Positions 38,938 to 48,250 of a stretch of DNA of 64,000 nt are shown here, piece by piece. Under the pieces are notes generated by a model, which saw only the letters and a program-made list of their open reading frames with translations, had not been told where the DNA came from and ran no database searches. This stretch comes from Dehalococcoidia bacterium (GTDB lineage: Bacteria > Chloroflexota > Dehalococcoidia > Lucifugimonadales > UBA3495): assembly GCA_030740155.1 (NCBI GenBank), contig JASLXV010000069.1, positions 64,001 through 128,000 of the forward strand, given 5' to 3'. How positions within the stretch are numbered: the first letter of the stretch is position 1; each line of letters begins with the position of its first letter. The translations under genes and the position numbers were made by a program.

Positions 38938-40812
38938 ATGGCGGCAACGATAAATGGATATGCGGGCAAGCTTCTTCGAGTCGACCTGACCCAGGAAAAG
39001 ATCTGGGATGAGCCCCTCGATGAGGCTACCGCAAGGGCCTATGTGGGCGGCGTCGGTTTGGGCGCCAAGATCCTCTATGACGAGGTCGCTCCGGGAGTCG
39101 AATGGTCCGACCCGGAGAACCGTCTGATCTTCGCCAGCGGCCCCTTGGGCGGGACCACTATGGGTGGCTCCGGCACTTTTTCCGTTATCACCAAAGGGGC
39201 CCTCACCGGCGGGGCTACCAGCACCCAGGCCAACGGTTTCTTCGGCGCCTTCATGAGGTTCTGCGGCTACGACGCCATCGTTGTCCAAGGGGCCGCCAGC
39301 CGGTGGCTCTACCTCCACATGACCGAAAACGGCTCCGAACTCCGCGATGCCAGCCATATCATGGGCCAGGACAGCTGGCAGATGGACGATACCCTCAAGG
39401 CGGAACACGGCAAGAAAGACCAACAGATGAGCGTCTTCGGCATCGGGCCGGCCGGGGAGAACCTGGTGAGACTGGCCGCCATCGCCGGTGACAAGGGCCA
39501 TGTGGCGGGCCACAACGGCACCGGCGCCGTCATGGGCTCCAAGAAGCTCAAGGCCATCGCCATCGACCGGACCCGGGGGCGAGTCTCCCTCCATAACCGG
39601 GAGGGGCTCGTGGAGGTGTCCCGGAGGCTCCTTGAACAGATCAAGACCAACCCCGGCTCCCGCTCAACCTACCTCTGGGGCACCCTGACCGGGCTGGTCG
39701 GAGCCGAGAAAGGGGGCTGGCTCCCCATCAAGAACTACTCCACCAACGTCTATGACATCACCCCCGAGGAGTTGGATGCCTATAGTGCCGAGAATATCCG
39801 GGGCAACTTCGAGCCCACCCCCAATCCCTGCTGGGCCTGCCAGTTGCACCACTGCCACATGATGAAGATCACCGAGGGCCGCTACCGGGGCGAGATCGTG
39901 GAGGAGCCGGAGTACGAGGGTTTCGCCGCCTGGGGCCCCACCACCGGACAGACCGATGTCGCCAGCACAATGGTCATATCCAACGAGGTGGACAAGCTTG
40001 GAATGGACCTCAACGAGGCCGGATACCTCATCGGCCTGGTGATGGAGTGCTATGAAAAAGGCGTGATCACCGTTGAGGACACCGACGGCCTGGAGATGAC
40101 CTGGGGCAACGCCGAGGCCACCCGGGCCATGCTGCGCAAGGTCGCCAACCGGGAAGGGTTCGGCGACATTCTCGCCGAGGGCACCATGCGCGCCGCCAAG
40201 CTCATCGGAGGGGAAGCGCCCAACATGGCCGTGCACACCATGAAGGGGAATACCCCCCGGGGCCACGACCACCGATCGCTGTGGCACGAGCTGTTCGACA
40301 CTTGCGTTTCCAACACCAGCACCATCGAGACCGCCAGGCAGACTTCCCGGACCATGTTCGGGCTCTCGGACAAGGGAGACCCCTTCGACCCCGAGGAGGT
40401 TGTAACCTTCACCGCCAAGACCAAGGGCTCCATGCAGTTCGAGGACGCCCTGGGGATCTGCCGCTTCAACACCCGCACCGATGTCCCCATTCTGTGCGAA
40501 GCCCTGTCGGAGGCCACCGGATGGGACTACACCCTGGACGATGCCATGGATATGGGCCGCCGGACGGTCAACCTGCTGCGGGCCTTCAACCTGCGCCACG
40601 GCATCAGCCCGGAGCTGGACAAGCCATCTCCCAGGTACGGATCCACCCCGGTGGACGGCGTGGTCGCGGGCGTCGGCATCGCGGAACACTGGGACAAGAT
40701 GCAGGGTGACTACTACGAGCAGATGGGCTGGGACCGGGAGACCAGCAAGCCCCTGCCCGAGACCCTTCGGAGCCTGGGACTGGAGCACGTGGTCGCCGAC
40801 CTGTGGCCCTAA
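38938..40812 (+). CDS. Aldehyde:ferredoxin oxidoreductase family (tungstopterin)
   Basis: GYAGKLLRVDLT, IGPAGENLV, GAVMGSKKLKAI, CWACQLHHC, EEPEYE, DKLGMD, DALGICRF, YYEQMGWD. Confidence 0.95.
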   Translation: MAATINGYAGKLLRVDLTQEKIWDEPLDEATARAYVGGVGLGAKILYDEVAPGVEWSDPENRLIFASGPLGGTTMGGSGTFSVITKGALTGGATSTQANGFFGAFMRFCGYDAIVVQGAASRWLYLHMTENGSELRDASHIMGQDSWQMDDTLKAEHGKKDQQMSVFGIGPAGENLVRLAAIAGDKGHVAGHNGTGAVMGSKKLKAIAIDRTRGRVSLHNREGLVEVSRRLLEQIKTNPGSRSTYLWGTLTGLVGAEKGGWLPIKNYSTNVYDITPEELDAYSAENIRGNFEPTPNPCWACQLHHCHMMKITEGRYRGEIVEEPEYEGFAAWGPTTGQTDVASTMVISNEVDKLGMDLNEAGYLIGLVMECYEKGVITVEDTDGLEMTWGNAEATRAMLRKVANREGFGDILAEGTMRAAKLIGGEAPNMAVHTMKGNTPRGHDHRSLWHELFDTCVSNTSTIETARQTSRTMFGLSDKGDPFDPEEVVTFTAKTKGSMQFEDALGICRFNTRTDVPILCEALSEATGWDYTLDDAMDMGRRTVNLLRAFNLRHGISPELDKPSPRYGSTPVDGVVAGVGIAEHWDKMQGDYYEQMGWDRETSKPLPETLRSLGLEHVVADLWP

Positions 40813-40892
40813 GACGGCCCCGATGACCGGGAACGGCGGGCACTCGCGACGGAGGCCCGCCGTGTTAATGATCTTTGCATCGATGGTGAACG

Positions 40893-40938
40893 AAATCCCC
40901 CTCGGCCCCCCCCTGCAAAGGGGGATACAGGGGGATTT
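40893..40938. repeat. REP-like family C, copy 2 (inverted relative to 3871-3916)
   Basis: AAATCCCCCTCGG...AAAGGGGGATACAGGGGGATTT. Confidence 0.75.
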
Positions 40939-41185
40939 CCTCGCGGTAGAGCTTGCCAGGGCGAGGCCATCAGGAAGTGCATTGGTCGATAGGCCGGCAG
41001 CCCTCAGGCTAGGTCTGCCCAGGGCGATCTCGGTTGACACACGAGAATGGCGGGGATAGACTTCGGGTAACTGGAGATCGGCGTCCGCAAAGCCTGCCGC
41101 TGGCCTGAAGCAGAAGATTCCGGCTGGAGGCAGGCGATTTTTTCGGGGCTCCCCTTCTCCGACACGGGAACACCAGGCTGGGATA

Positions 41186-42685
41186 ATGACGCGAGAATAC
41201 GATGTGGCAGTGGTGGGCGGCGGGGTGGTTGGGTGCGCCATCGCACGGGAGTTGGCTCGCCACCAGGTTAAGGTGGTCCTTCTGGAGCGGGAGAGCGATG
41301 TCGCCAGGGGCACCAGCGGCAAGAACAGCGGCGTGGTCCACACCGGCTTCAACGTGCCCACCGGCTCGGTAAAAGCGCGGCTGAACGTTTCCGGCGCCAG
41401 TGTTTTCGAAGAGTTTTGCGCCGAGTTGAGGGTACCTTTTCACCGGGTGGGAAAACTGGTCGTCGCCCTCACCGAGCAAGAGGCCCCCGAACTGGAGAAA
41501 TTGAAAGCCATCGGGGACGCCAACGGGGTTCCATCCCTCGAAATCGTCGACGGTGAAACCGTCCGGCGCATGGAGCCCAATATTCAGGGCTATGCCGCGC
41601 TTCACGTGCCTACCGCAGCCATTACCTGCCCCTTCACTCTCACCATAGCCCTGGCCGAATCCGCCAAGTCCATGGGGGCCGAGATTCTCTTCCTGTCCGA
41701 AGTGAAGCGGATCTCCGGCCACGCCGGCGCCTTTCGCCTCACCACCGGGCAGGGCACGGTATACAGCAAACTGATCGTGAACTCCGCCGGGCTCTACGCC
41801 GACCACGTGGCCCGGCTGGCCGGGGTGCGCCGCTACAAGGTCTACCCCTGCCGGGGTGAGTACCTAATCATCGACAAGTCGAGAAGCGACCTTATCCAGC
41901 GGATGGTCTACCCGGTGCCGCCCAAAGGAGGACCCGGCCTCGGCGTGCACCTGACTCCGACCGTCGACGGGAACATCCTTATCGGCCCCAGTGCGGCCTA
42001 CGTGCGGCACAAGGGCGACGAAGCCACCACCCGGACCATGTCCCGTGCCCTCCTCCGGGAAGCGCGGGAACTGCTTCCGCCGCTGAGTCCCCGGGACGTT
42101 GTCACCTCCTACTCCGGCATCAGGTCCAAGACCGTGAGTTCGGCGGAGGGAGGCTTCGGAGACTTCATCATCGAGGAGGCGCCGGAACTGCCTGGGATGA
42201 TGCACCTGGTGGGTATCGAGTCCCCCGGCCTCACCTCGGCGCCCGCCATCGCGGCCGATGTGGCCCAGTGGGTGGGAAGCTACCTTCCACTGGGAAGCAA
42301 CGGCAGCCCCCCAACGCCGAGCAGGCTTGCCGTCCCCTTCCGTGAGCTGCCGTCGGAGCAGCAGGCCGAGCTCGTGGAGGCGGACCCCGACTACGGCCAG
42401 ATCGTATGCCGGTGTGAGATAGTGACGCGAAGAGAAGTGCTCGATGCTATCCACAATCCCCTTGGCGTGAACACCCTCAGCGGAATCAAGTACCGCTCCA
42501 GGGCAACAATGGGGCGCTGTCAGGGCGGCTTCTGTGGCCCGCGGATTGTGGAGATGCTGGAACAAGAACTCGGCCTAACGCCGGAGGATATCTCCCTCAA
42601 GGGGCCCGGATCGTGGCTCTTCCCCGGGACCACCAAGGGGCTCAGAAGCCCTCAGGCAGCCTCCGTTCGGCGCAACCAGGCATGA
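41186..42685 (+). CDS. FAD-dependent oxidoreductase with C-terminal BFD-like [2Fe-2S] domain (GlpA/LhgO-like)
   Basis: VVGGGVVG, TSGKNSGVVHTG, GIESPGLTSAPA, VCRCE...MGRCQGGFC. Confidence 0.9.
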   Translation: MTREYDVAVVGGGVVGCAIARELARHQVKVVLLERESDVARGTSGKNSGVVHTGFNVPTGSVKARLNVSGASVFEEFCAELRVPFHRVGKLVVALTEQEAPELEKLKAIGDANGVPSLEIVDGETVRRMEPNIQGYAALHVPTAAITCPFTLTIALAESAKSMGAEILFLSEVKRISGHAGAFRLTTGQGTVYSKLIVNSAGLYADHVARLAGVRRYKVYPCRGEYLIIDKSRSDLIQRMVYPVPPKGGPGLGVHLTPTVDGNILIGPSAAYVRHKGDEATTRTMSRALLREARELLPPLSPRDVVTSYSGIRSKTVSSAEGGFGDFIIEEAPELPGMMHLVGIESPGLTSAPAIAADVAQWVGSYLPLGSNGSPPTPSRLAVPFRELPSEQQAELVEADPDYGQIVCRCEIVTRREVLDAIHNPLGVNTLSGIKYRSRATMGRCQGGFCGPRIVEMLEQELGLTPEDISLKGPGSWLFPGTTKGLRSPQAASVRRNQA

Positions 42686-42818
42686 AGATTGGAAGGCCCG
42701 AATCGATTACCAGAGACCGCGAGATGCTGGCGGGACCGGTCTCGCGGAGCCGCAACTGCACCGTATCGCCGTCCATCAGGGACGGGCGTGCTCACGATGA
42801 CATTTCCGGAGTGGTGAC

Positions 42819-44060
42819 GTGCGAACCGAAGACGTAGAGGTGGTGGTGATTGGTGGTGGTCCCGCCGGGATGGCCGCCGCCGTCGCGGCCCGGCAGGCCG
42901 GGGCGGAGGACGTGCTGCTGGTGGAGCGAGGGGAGCGGTTGGGGGGAATCCTGAACCAGTGCATCCACGACGGCTTCGGCACCAAGGTCTTTGGTGAAAC
43001 GCTGACAGGGCCCGAGTACGCCCAGATCTACATCGATAAACTCCACGACGCCAAGGTCTCCTATTGCCTCGACACCATGGTCCTCGACCTGACGGCGGAC
43101 CGGGAGTTGACGCTGTGTTCCACCGGCGGAATGCGGCGGGTACGGGCCAAGGCGGTGGTCCTCACCATGGGGTGCCGGGAGCGTCCCCGGGGCGCCATAA
43201 ACATCCCCGGTTCCCGCCCGGCCGGCGTCTACACCGCCGGTGTTGTCCAGGCTTACATGAACCTCCAGAACATCTCGGTTGGGAAACGGGTCGTGATCCT
43301 GGGTTCCGGCGACGTCGGCCTGATCATGGCGCGCCGTCTTACCCTGGAGGGCGCCGAGGTCCCGTGCGTTGCCGAGATACTGCCCCATCCCAGCGGGCTG
43401 GGGCGAAACGTGGTCCAGTGTCTGGAAGACTTCGGTATCCCGCTCTACCTGAGCACTACGGTGGTCGAGATCCACGGGAATCAGCGAATCCACGGGGTGA
43501 CCCTGGCCGAGATCGGGCCCAAGGGAGGGGTCGTGCGGGGCACCAAGCGGTACGTCGCCTGCGATACCCTGATGCTCTCCGTGGGGTTGATTCCGGAGAA
43601 CGAGCTTTCCAAGAAGGCCGGGACGGACCTCAGCCCGGTTACCGGCGGGCCGGTCGTGGACGAGGACTACCACACGTCCATTCCCGGCATCTTCGCCGCC
43701 GGGAACGCCCTCCAGGTTCACGACCTGGTGGACTACGTGTCCCTGGAGGCCGCGGTGGCCGGGCAGAAGGCCGCCGAGTTTGCCGGGACGGGGAAGGGCC
43801 GGCAGGCGGGCATCACGGTAGGTGCGGGGCAGGGGATACGGTACGTCGTGCCCCAGCGGATCAGCGGCGCCGCGGCGGTCGAATTCACCATGAGGGTGAC
43901 GGCCCCGGATAACGACCGCAACATCGTTTTCAGCAGAGATGGCCAGGTGATCCGGAGGCTGAAGCAGTCCGTGCTGGCGCCTTCGTCGATGATCCGGCTC
44001 AGGGTCAGGGCCGACCGGTTCCAGGGTCTGGACGGTGACATGATTGTGGAGGTCCGGTGA
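42819..44060 (+). CDS. FAD/NAD(P)-dependent oxidoreductase, partner of the GlpA-like subunit
   Basis: IGGGPAGMAAA, GGILNQCIHDGFG, MGCRERPRG, GSGDVGLIMARR, GNALQVHDLVD. Confidence 0.92.
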   Translation: MRTEDVEVVVIGGGPAGMAAAVAARQAGAEDVLLVERGERLGGILNQCIHDGFGTKVFGETLTGPEYAQIYIDKLHDAKVSYCLDTMVLDLTADRELTLCSTGGMRRVRAKAVVLTMGCRERPRGAINIPGSRPAGVYTAGVVQAYMNLQNISVGKRVVILGSGDVGLIMARRLTLEGAEVPCVAEILPHPSGLGRNVVQCLEDFGIPLYLSTTVVEIHGNQRIHGVTLAEIGPKGGVVRGTKRYVACDTLMLSVGLIPENELSKKAGTDLSPVTGGPVVDEDYHTSIPGIFAAGNALQVHDLVDYVSLEAAVAGQKAAEFAGTGKGRQAGITVGAGQGIRYVVPQRISGAAAVEFTMRVTAPDNDRNIVFSRDGQVIRRLKQSVLAPSSMIRLRVRADRFQGLDGDMIVEVR

Positions 44061-44425
44061 TGAAAGGCAATTTCACCTGCATTGTGTGCCCGACGAGTTG
44101 CCCAGTCAGCGCTGAGTGGAATGATACGGAGTTGCTGAACATTGACCACGCCCAGTGCAAGCTTGCCTGGGACTTCATCCGAGGCGAGATTTTCGACCCC
44201 CGGAGGACGGTAACCACCACCGTCATCGTGGAAGGGGCCGACCTGCCACTGGTCAGCGTGAAGACCGATGCTCCAGTGCCCAAGCAAGTGGTTCTGGAGG
44301 TGATGGACCACCTGGCCGGTGTTACCGTCCGTGCGCCCGTGGGTATTGGCGATGTCATCGTCTCCAATGTACTCGGAACCGGTTCCAACATCGTCGCGAC
44401 CAGAGAGGCCCTGAAGACGGATTGA
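44057..44425 (+). CDS. DUF1667-like small Cys-rich subunit
   Basis: TCIVCPTSC, PRRTVTTTV, VSVKTDAPVPK, APVGIGDVI; third gene of the cluster. Confidence 0.85.
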   Translation: MMKGNFTCIVCPTSCPVSAEWNDTELLNIDHAQCKLAWDFIRGEIFDPRRTVTTTVIVEGADLPLVSVKTDAPVPKQVVLEVMDHLAGVTVRAPVGIGDVIVSNVLGTGSNIVATREALKTD

Positions 44426-44522
44426 CTCCGGCCTCGCCCGGCCTACCCGGCGGCGGTACATTTTCGGATCATTAACGGACACCCCTCGACCGGGGCACGC
44501 CGCGTCATCCCCGTCTAGCCTC

Positions 44523-44584
44523 GCCCTCGTTACCTCTCCCGCGGGGCTGAGGATGCCTTGGCGCAGCCTGGGCCGAGCGAGGGC
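44523..44584. repeat. REP-like family B, degenerate copy
   Basis: GCCCTCGTTACCTCTCCC...TGGCGCAGCCTGGGCCGAGCGAGGGC. Confidence 0.65.
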
Positions 44585-44717
44585 ATCGCCACCCGTTCAC
44601 CCGGTCTTCTCAAGCCGTTACCGCTCGGGAGAACGAAGATGTTCCAGCCCGAGGGTCTCCGGATGGATGGACCGGGCAGCGTGCCGTAATAATGGCCGGA
44701 GACGGTCGGTCAGAGTG

Positions 44718-44746
44718 TTGCCACCGCAAAGAGCGGTGGTTATAAT
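44718..44746 (+). promoter_or_regulatory. Sigma70-type promoter with palindrome in the spacer (maoC-plsX-fabG)
   Basis: TTGCCA, 17 bp, TATAAT; CCACCGC-AAAGA-GCGGTGG inverted repeat at 44721-44739. Confidence 0.75.
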
Positions 44747-44948
44747 TCACCGTGGCCCAATGGTGATGACGCCTTGTGGGCGCACTGTCGCCGCCATAAA
44801 CGCATTACTTCGTCGACGCCCCGCTTTGGGGCCGACGATGCCCGGCGCTAGTGGCCCCAGCCGGATACCGGGGCCGGCGGCGACGCTGTTTCATTCAGGG
44901 ATTGTTACAGGGATTTTTGCCAGAACATTCATTCTTGGGGGACGACCT

Positions 44949-45821
44949 TTGGCGAGAGACCACGTTGAGCCGGTCGAAGTGGGGCTTGGTGGTTGGAGGG
45001 TTACCGAAGACTCGGTACAGGAATATCTGCGGGCGGCGGGCGACACGCTGCCGGCGTACTTGCAGGCCGGCCTGACGCCACCTCTGGCTCTGGCGGCCCG
45101 CGCCCTTGGCTCCCTACTGCAGCACCTGGACCTGCCGCCGGGCGCCATCCACAGCCTTCAGGAGATCGAGACACTCCGGCCAGTCTCCTTTGGCCAGGAC
45201 ATCACCGGCACCGCCAGATTGGACCCGGTGAAGCTCCGCGGAGGCATGGAGTTCCTAACCGCCAGCGTTGCTCTAAATGACGAAGCAGGCCATGCGGTAC
45301 TCGGCGGGAAAACCACCGTGCTGGTCGTCGATCCGGAGGCAATCGCTCCGGCCGGGCGGGAATCTTCGGAACGAAGCGCCCCCTCTCGACCAGGCGTTCC
45401 GGCCGTGGCGGTTGAGGAGATATCCGGGGACGGGATTCTCACGGGAGTGGTGAAGACCATCAACCAGGAGCAGCTAAACGCCTACGCCCGGGTGTCGGGG
45501 GACCACAATCCCCTTCACCTTGACGCCGAGTTCGCCGCCACCACCCAGTACGGCGGCATCATCGCCCACGGCATGCTGACACTGGCTTTCATCTCTGAGA
45601 TGATGACCGAGAAATTCGGGCCGGCGTGGCTTCAGAACGGAGCCCTGAGGGTCCGCTTCAAGGGCGCAGCCTACGTGGGGGATCAGGTGGAAACCCGAGG
45701 CAGGATCAACAAAGAGGCTGTCGTGTCCGAGGGCCGCCAGGTTGGGTGCGCCGTCGGGTTGAGCAACTGCCAGACCGGGCAGGAGTTGATCAGCGGCACC
45801 GCGACCGTGGTATTGCCGTAG
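44949..45821 (+). CDS. Double hot-dog MaoC-like (R)-specific enoyl-CoA hydratase / 3-hydroxyacyl dehydratase
   Basis: C-domain YARVSGDHNPLHLD...IIAHGML; N-domain degenerate hot-dog; TTG start inferred. Confidence 0.85.
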   Translation: MARDHVEPVEVGLGGWRVTEDSVQEYLRAAGDTLPAYLQAGLTPPLALAARALGSLLQHLDLPPGAIHSLQEIETLRPVSFGQDITGTARLDPVKLRGGMEFLTASVALNDEAGHAVLGGKTTVLVVDPEAIAPAGRESSERSAPSRPGVPAVAVEEISGDGILTGVVKTINQEQLNAYARVSGDHNPLHLDAEFAATTQYGGIIAHGMLTLAFISEMMTEKFGPAWLQNGALRVRFKGAAYVGDQVETRGRINKEAVVSEGRQVGCAVGLSNCQTGQELISGTATVVLP

Positions 45822-45941
45822 CGTTGGTATCGGCCCAGCACCGAAGGCGGCGAGGGCGCCGAGATTTTCAGTTGATGCCGTGGTCCCGTGACCAGGTGGC
45901 GACACCGGCGAGGGCCATAGGATATTCGAGGAAGACGAAGC

Positions 45942-47009
45942 ATGCCCAGTGATCGAAGCCGGGGCACTCGCCCAGTCCGGGTGGTCGTGGATGCGATGGG
46001 AGGCGACTTCGCCCCTGAGGAAGCGGTAAAAGGGGCGGTCCAGGCACTGGGAGTCGAAAACATCGAACTCACCCTGGTGGGAGATCGCCACCTGGTAGAG
46101 GATCAACTGGCTCGATGCGATGTGGACGACAAGCCGGTGACAGTGGTCCCCTCGGTGGGCAAGATCGGTGACGACGAACACCCGGTGCAAGGGCTGCGGC
46201 AGAAGCCCCAGGCATCGATTCTCGTCGCGACCAATCTATTGAAAAGCGGCGATGCAGACGTGCTGGTATCCATGGGGTCCACCGGAGCGTCGATGGCCAG
46301 CGCCGTACTCGCGTTGGGCTTGATGGACGGCCTGGACCGTCCCTGCCTCGGCGGCCCATTCCTGGGCCTAGCGCCCCGAACGGTGCTGGTGGACATCGGG
46401 AGCAGCGTGGATTGCCGGCCCGCGATGATGCTCAACTTCGCCGCCCTGGGCGCGGTGTTCGCCCGCAAGGTCCTGGACATCAAAGACCCAAGAATCGCCC
46501 TGCTGAGCACCGGCGCCGAGGAGGCCAAGGGCAACCGGCAGGTGCAGGAAAGCGGTCAGCTTCTGAAGGAGAGCCACCTCAACTTCATCGGTAACGTGGA
46601 GGGGATGGACTTTTTTACCGGCCGGGCCGATGTCATCGTCTGTGACGGGTTCGTGGGAAATATCTTAATGAAGTTTACCGAAGGGATCGGCAAAGCCTTG
46701 GCTCCTTTCCTGGCGCGGCAGCTTTCATCGAGCATTCCTCAGGATGAACTCAACCGGATAACCTCCGAGTTGTGGCACCTGACAAACCTGCCCAGGACCA
46801 TGGGCGGGCCTTTGTTCGGCATCAACGGGGTGGTAGTCGTGGGCCACGGCTCTTGCAAAGCCGACGGCATCGCCGGGGCCATAAACACCGCCATCCGGTG
46901 TGTGAAGATTGACCTGGTGGAGAGCATGCGGGAGGAGCTATCGCAGATGCGCGGTCTCGGGAAGACCTCCATTTCCAGCTTGCAGCGGTCGCCCCAGGCT
47001 CCCGGTTGA
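45942..47009 (+). CDS. plsX: Phosphate acyltransferase PlsX
   Basis: VDAMGGDFAP, SMGSTGA, GAEEAKGN, NFIGNVEG, VCDGFVGNILMK, VGHGS. Confidence 0.96.
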   Translation: MPSDRSRGTRPVRVVVDAMGGDFAPEEAVKGAVQALGVENIELTLVGDRHLVEDQLARCDVDDKPVTVVPSVGKIGDDEHPVQGLRQKPQASILVATNLLKSGDADVLVSMGSTGASMASAVLALGLMDGLDRPCLGGPFLGLAPRTVLVDIGSSVDCRPAMMLNFAALGAVFARKVLDIKDPRIALLSTGAEEAKGNRQVQESGQLLKESHLNFIGNVEGMDFFTGRADVIVCDGFVGNILMKFTEGIGKALAPFLARQLSSSIPQDELNRITSELWHLTNLPRTMGGPLFGINGVVVVGHGSCKADGIAGAINTAIRCVKIDLVESMREELSQMRGLGKTSISSLQRSPQAPG

Positions 47010-47182
47010 AGAAACATTCATCCAATACTCCGGCAACACTCCGGCGTTGGGCGCAAGAACCCGGAGCCCAACCACCAATCGAACCTCTTTTCAGCGGGCG
47101 CAGGCGCCGGTAATATGCAGCAGGAAGAACCCACAAACCGGGCAGTTGGCTGCCAAATTACGGCAGTGGTATGAGGGAAGCT

Positions 47183-47974
47183 ATGAACGACCTTAGCGGG
47201 AAAGTAGCGATCGTCACGGGGGCGGGCCGGCGAAGGGGCATCGGCCGGACCATTGCCCTCGGGCTGGCCCAGGCCGGGGCCGACGTGGTCGTGTCCGACA
47301 TCGAGACGGGGCCGGAGGCCATGACGCCCGAGGAACGCGAGGCCGGGTGGCAGGGGCTGCCCAGCGTGGTAAGCGAGATCGAAGCCCTTGGCCGGAAGGG
47401 CCTGGCGTTGTTTACCAACATCGCCGACGCCGAGCAGGTGCCCGAGATGGTCAAACAAACGATCGACCAGTTCGGCCACGTCGACATCCTGATCAACAAT
47501 GCCGGAATAACCCGGGACCGCCTGTTGCTACGCATGACCCCAGATGACTTCGACAGGGTCGTTGCGGTGAACCTGCGGGGGGCCTTCCTGTGCACCAAGT
47601 ACGTGATGCCTCACCTGCTGAAGCAACGGGGGGGCCGGATCGTCAACATCTCGTCGGTCGTCGGATTGAGTGGCAACCCCGGCCAGGCCAACTACGCCGC
47701 CGCCAAGGCGGGCATAGTCGGCCTCACCAAGGCGGTGGCCCGGGAAGTGGCGTCGCGAAACATAACGGTCAATGCCCTGGCGCCCGGATTTGTCGCCACC
47801 GGGATGATAGAGGTGCTGCCCGAGGAGACTCGCAAGGCGATCTTGGCCCGCATCCCCATGGGCCGTCTGGGCACCGTCGACGACGTCGCCGGGGCCGCGC
47901 TGTTCCTATGCAGCGAGAGCGCCAGCTACATCACCGGCCAGGTGATAACCATCGACGGCGGGATGATCGCCTGA
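47183..47974 (+). CDS. fabG: 3-oxoacyl-ACP reductase-like SDR with atypical N-terminus
   Basis: NNAGITRD, NISSVVGLSGNPGQANYAAAKAG, IPMGRLG; downstream of plsX. Confidence 0.85.
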   Translation: MNDLSGKVAIVTGAGRRRGIGRTIALGLAQAGADVVVSDIETGPEAMTPEEREAGWQGLPSVVSEIEALGRKGLALFTNIADAEQVPEMVKQTIDQFGHVDILINNAGITRDRLLLRMTPDDFDRVVAVNLRGAFLCTKYVMPHLLKQRGGRIVNISSVVGLSGNPGQANYAAAKAGIVGLTKAVAREVASRNITVNALAPGFVATGMIEVLPEETRKAILARIPMGRLGTVDDVAGAALFLCSESASYITGQVITIDGGMIA

Positions 47975-48025
47975 GCCGGCCTATTGCTTTCGGGGTATGC
48001 TGCATGCCTGATACCACCCGGGAAC

Positions 48026-48093
48026 GCCCTCACCCTCGTTCCCTCTCCCACCGGGAGAGGGATACCCTGGCGTAGCCTGGGCTGGGTGAGGGC
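48026..48093. repeat. REP-like family B, full copy
   Basis: Near reverse complement of 56572-56639. Confidence 0.85.
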
Positions 48094-48250
48094 ATCGTCT
48101 ATTCGCTCGCCCCGGTATATCGCGGCAAATCCTTTGTACTGTCGGTCAAACATGCCCCGAATCTAGCCCGGTGGAGTGGGCGTTGTCCCGGACCGGCGTG
48201 CCAGGGGCGCGAGGTATTCGTTTCAGCCTGATCCGGGGCCGGAGGGAGAT

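Noticed and set aside
44553..44948. N-terminal extension of the MaoC ORF in the ORF track
   Set aside because: Runs through a REP copy and a consensus promoter; the TTG at 44949 fits better.
47091..47156. 21-aa minus-strand ORF with CPVC motif
   Set aside because: Too short, no RBS, antisense within the plsX-fabG gap; likely chance.
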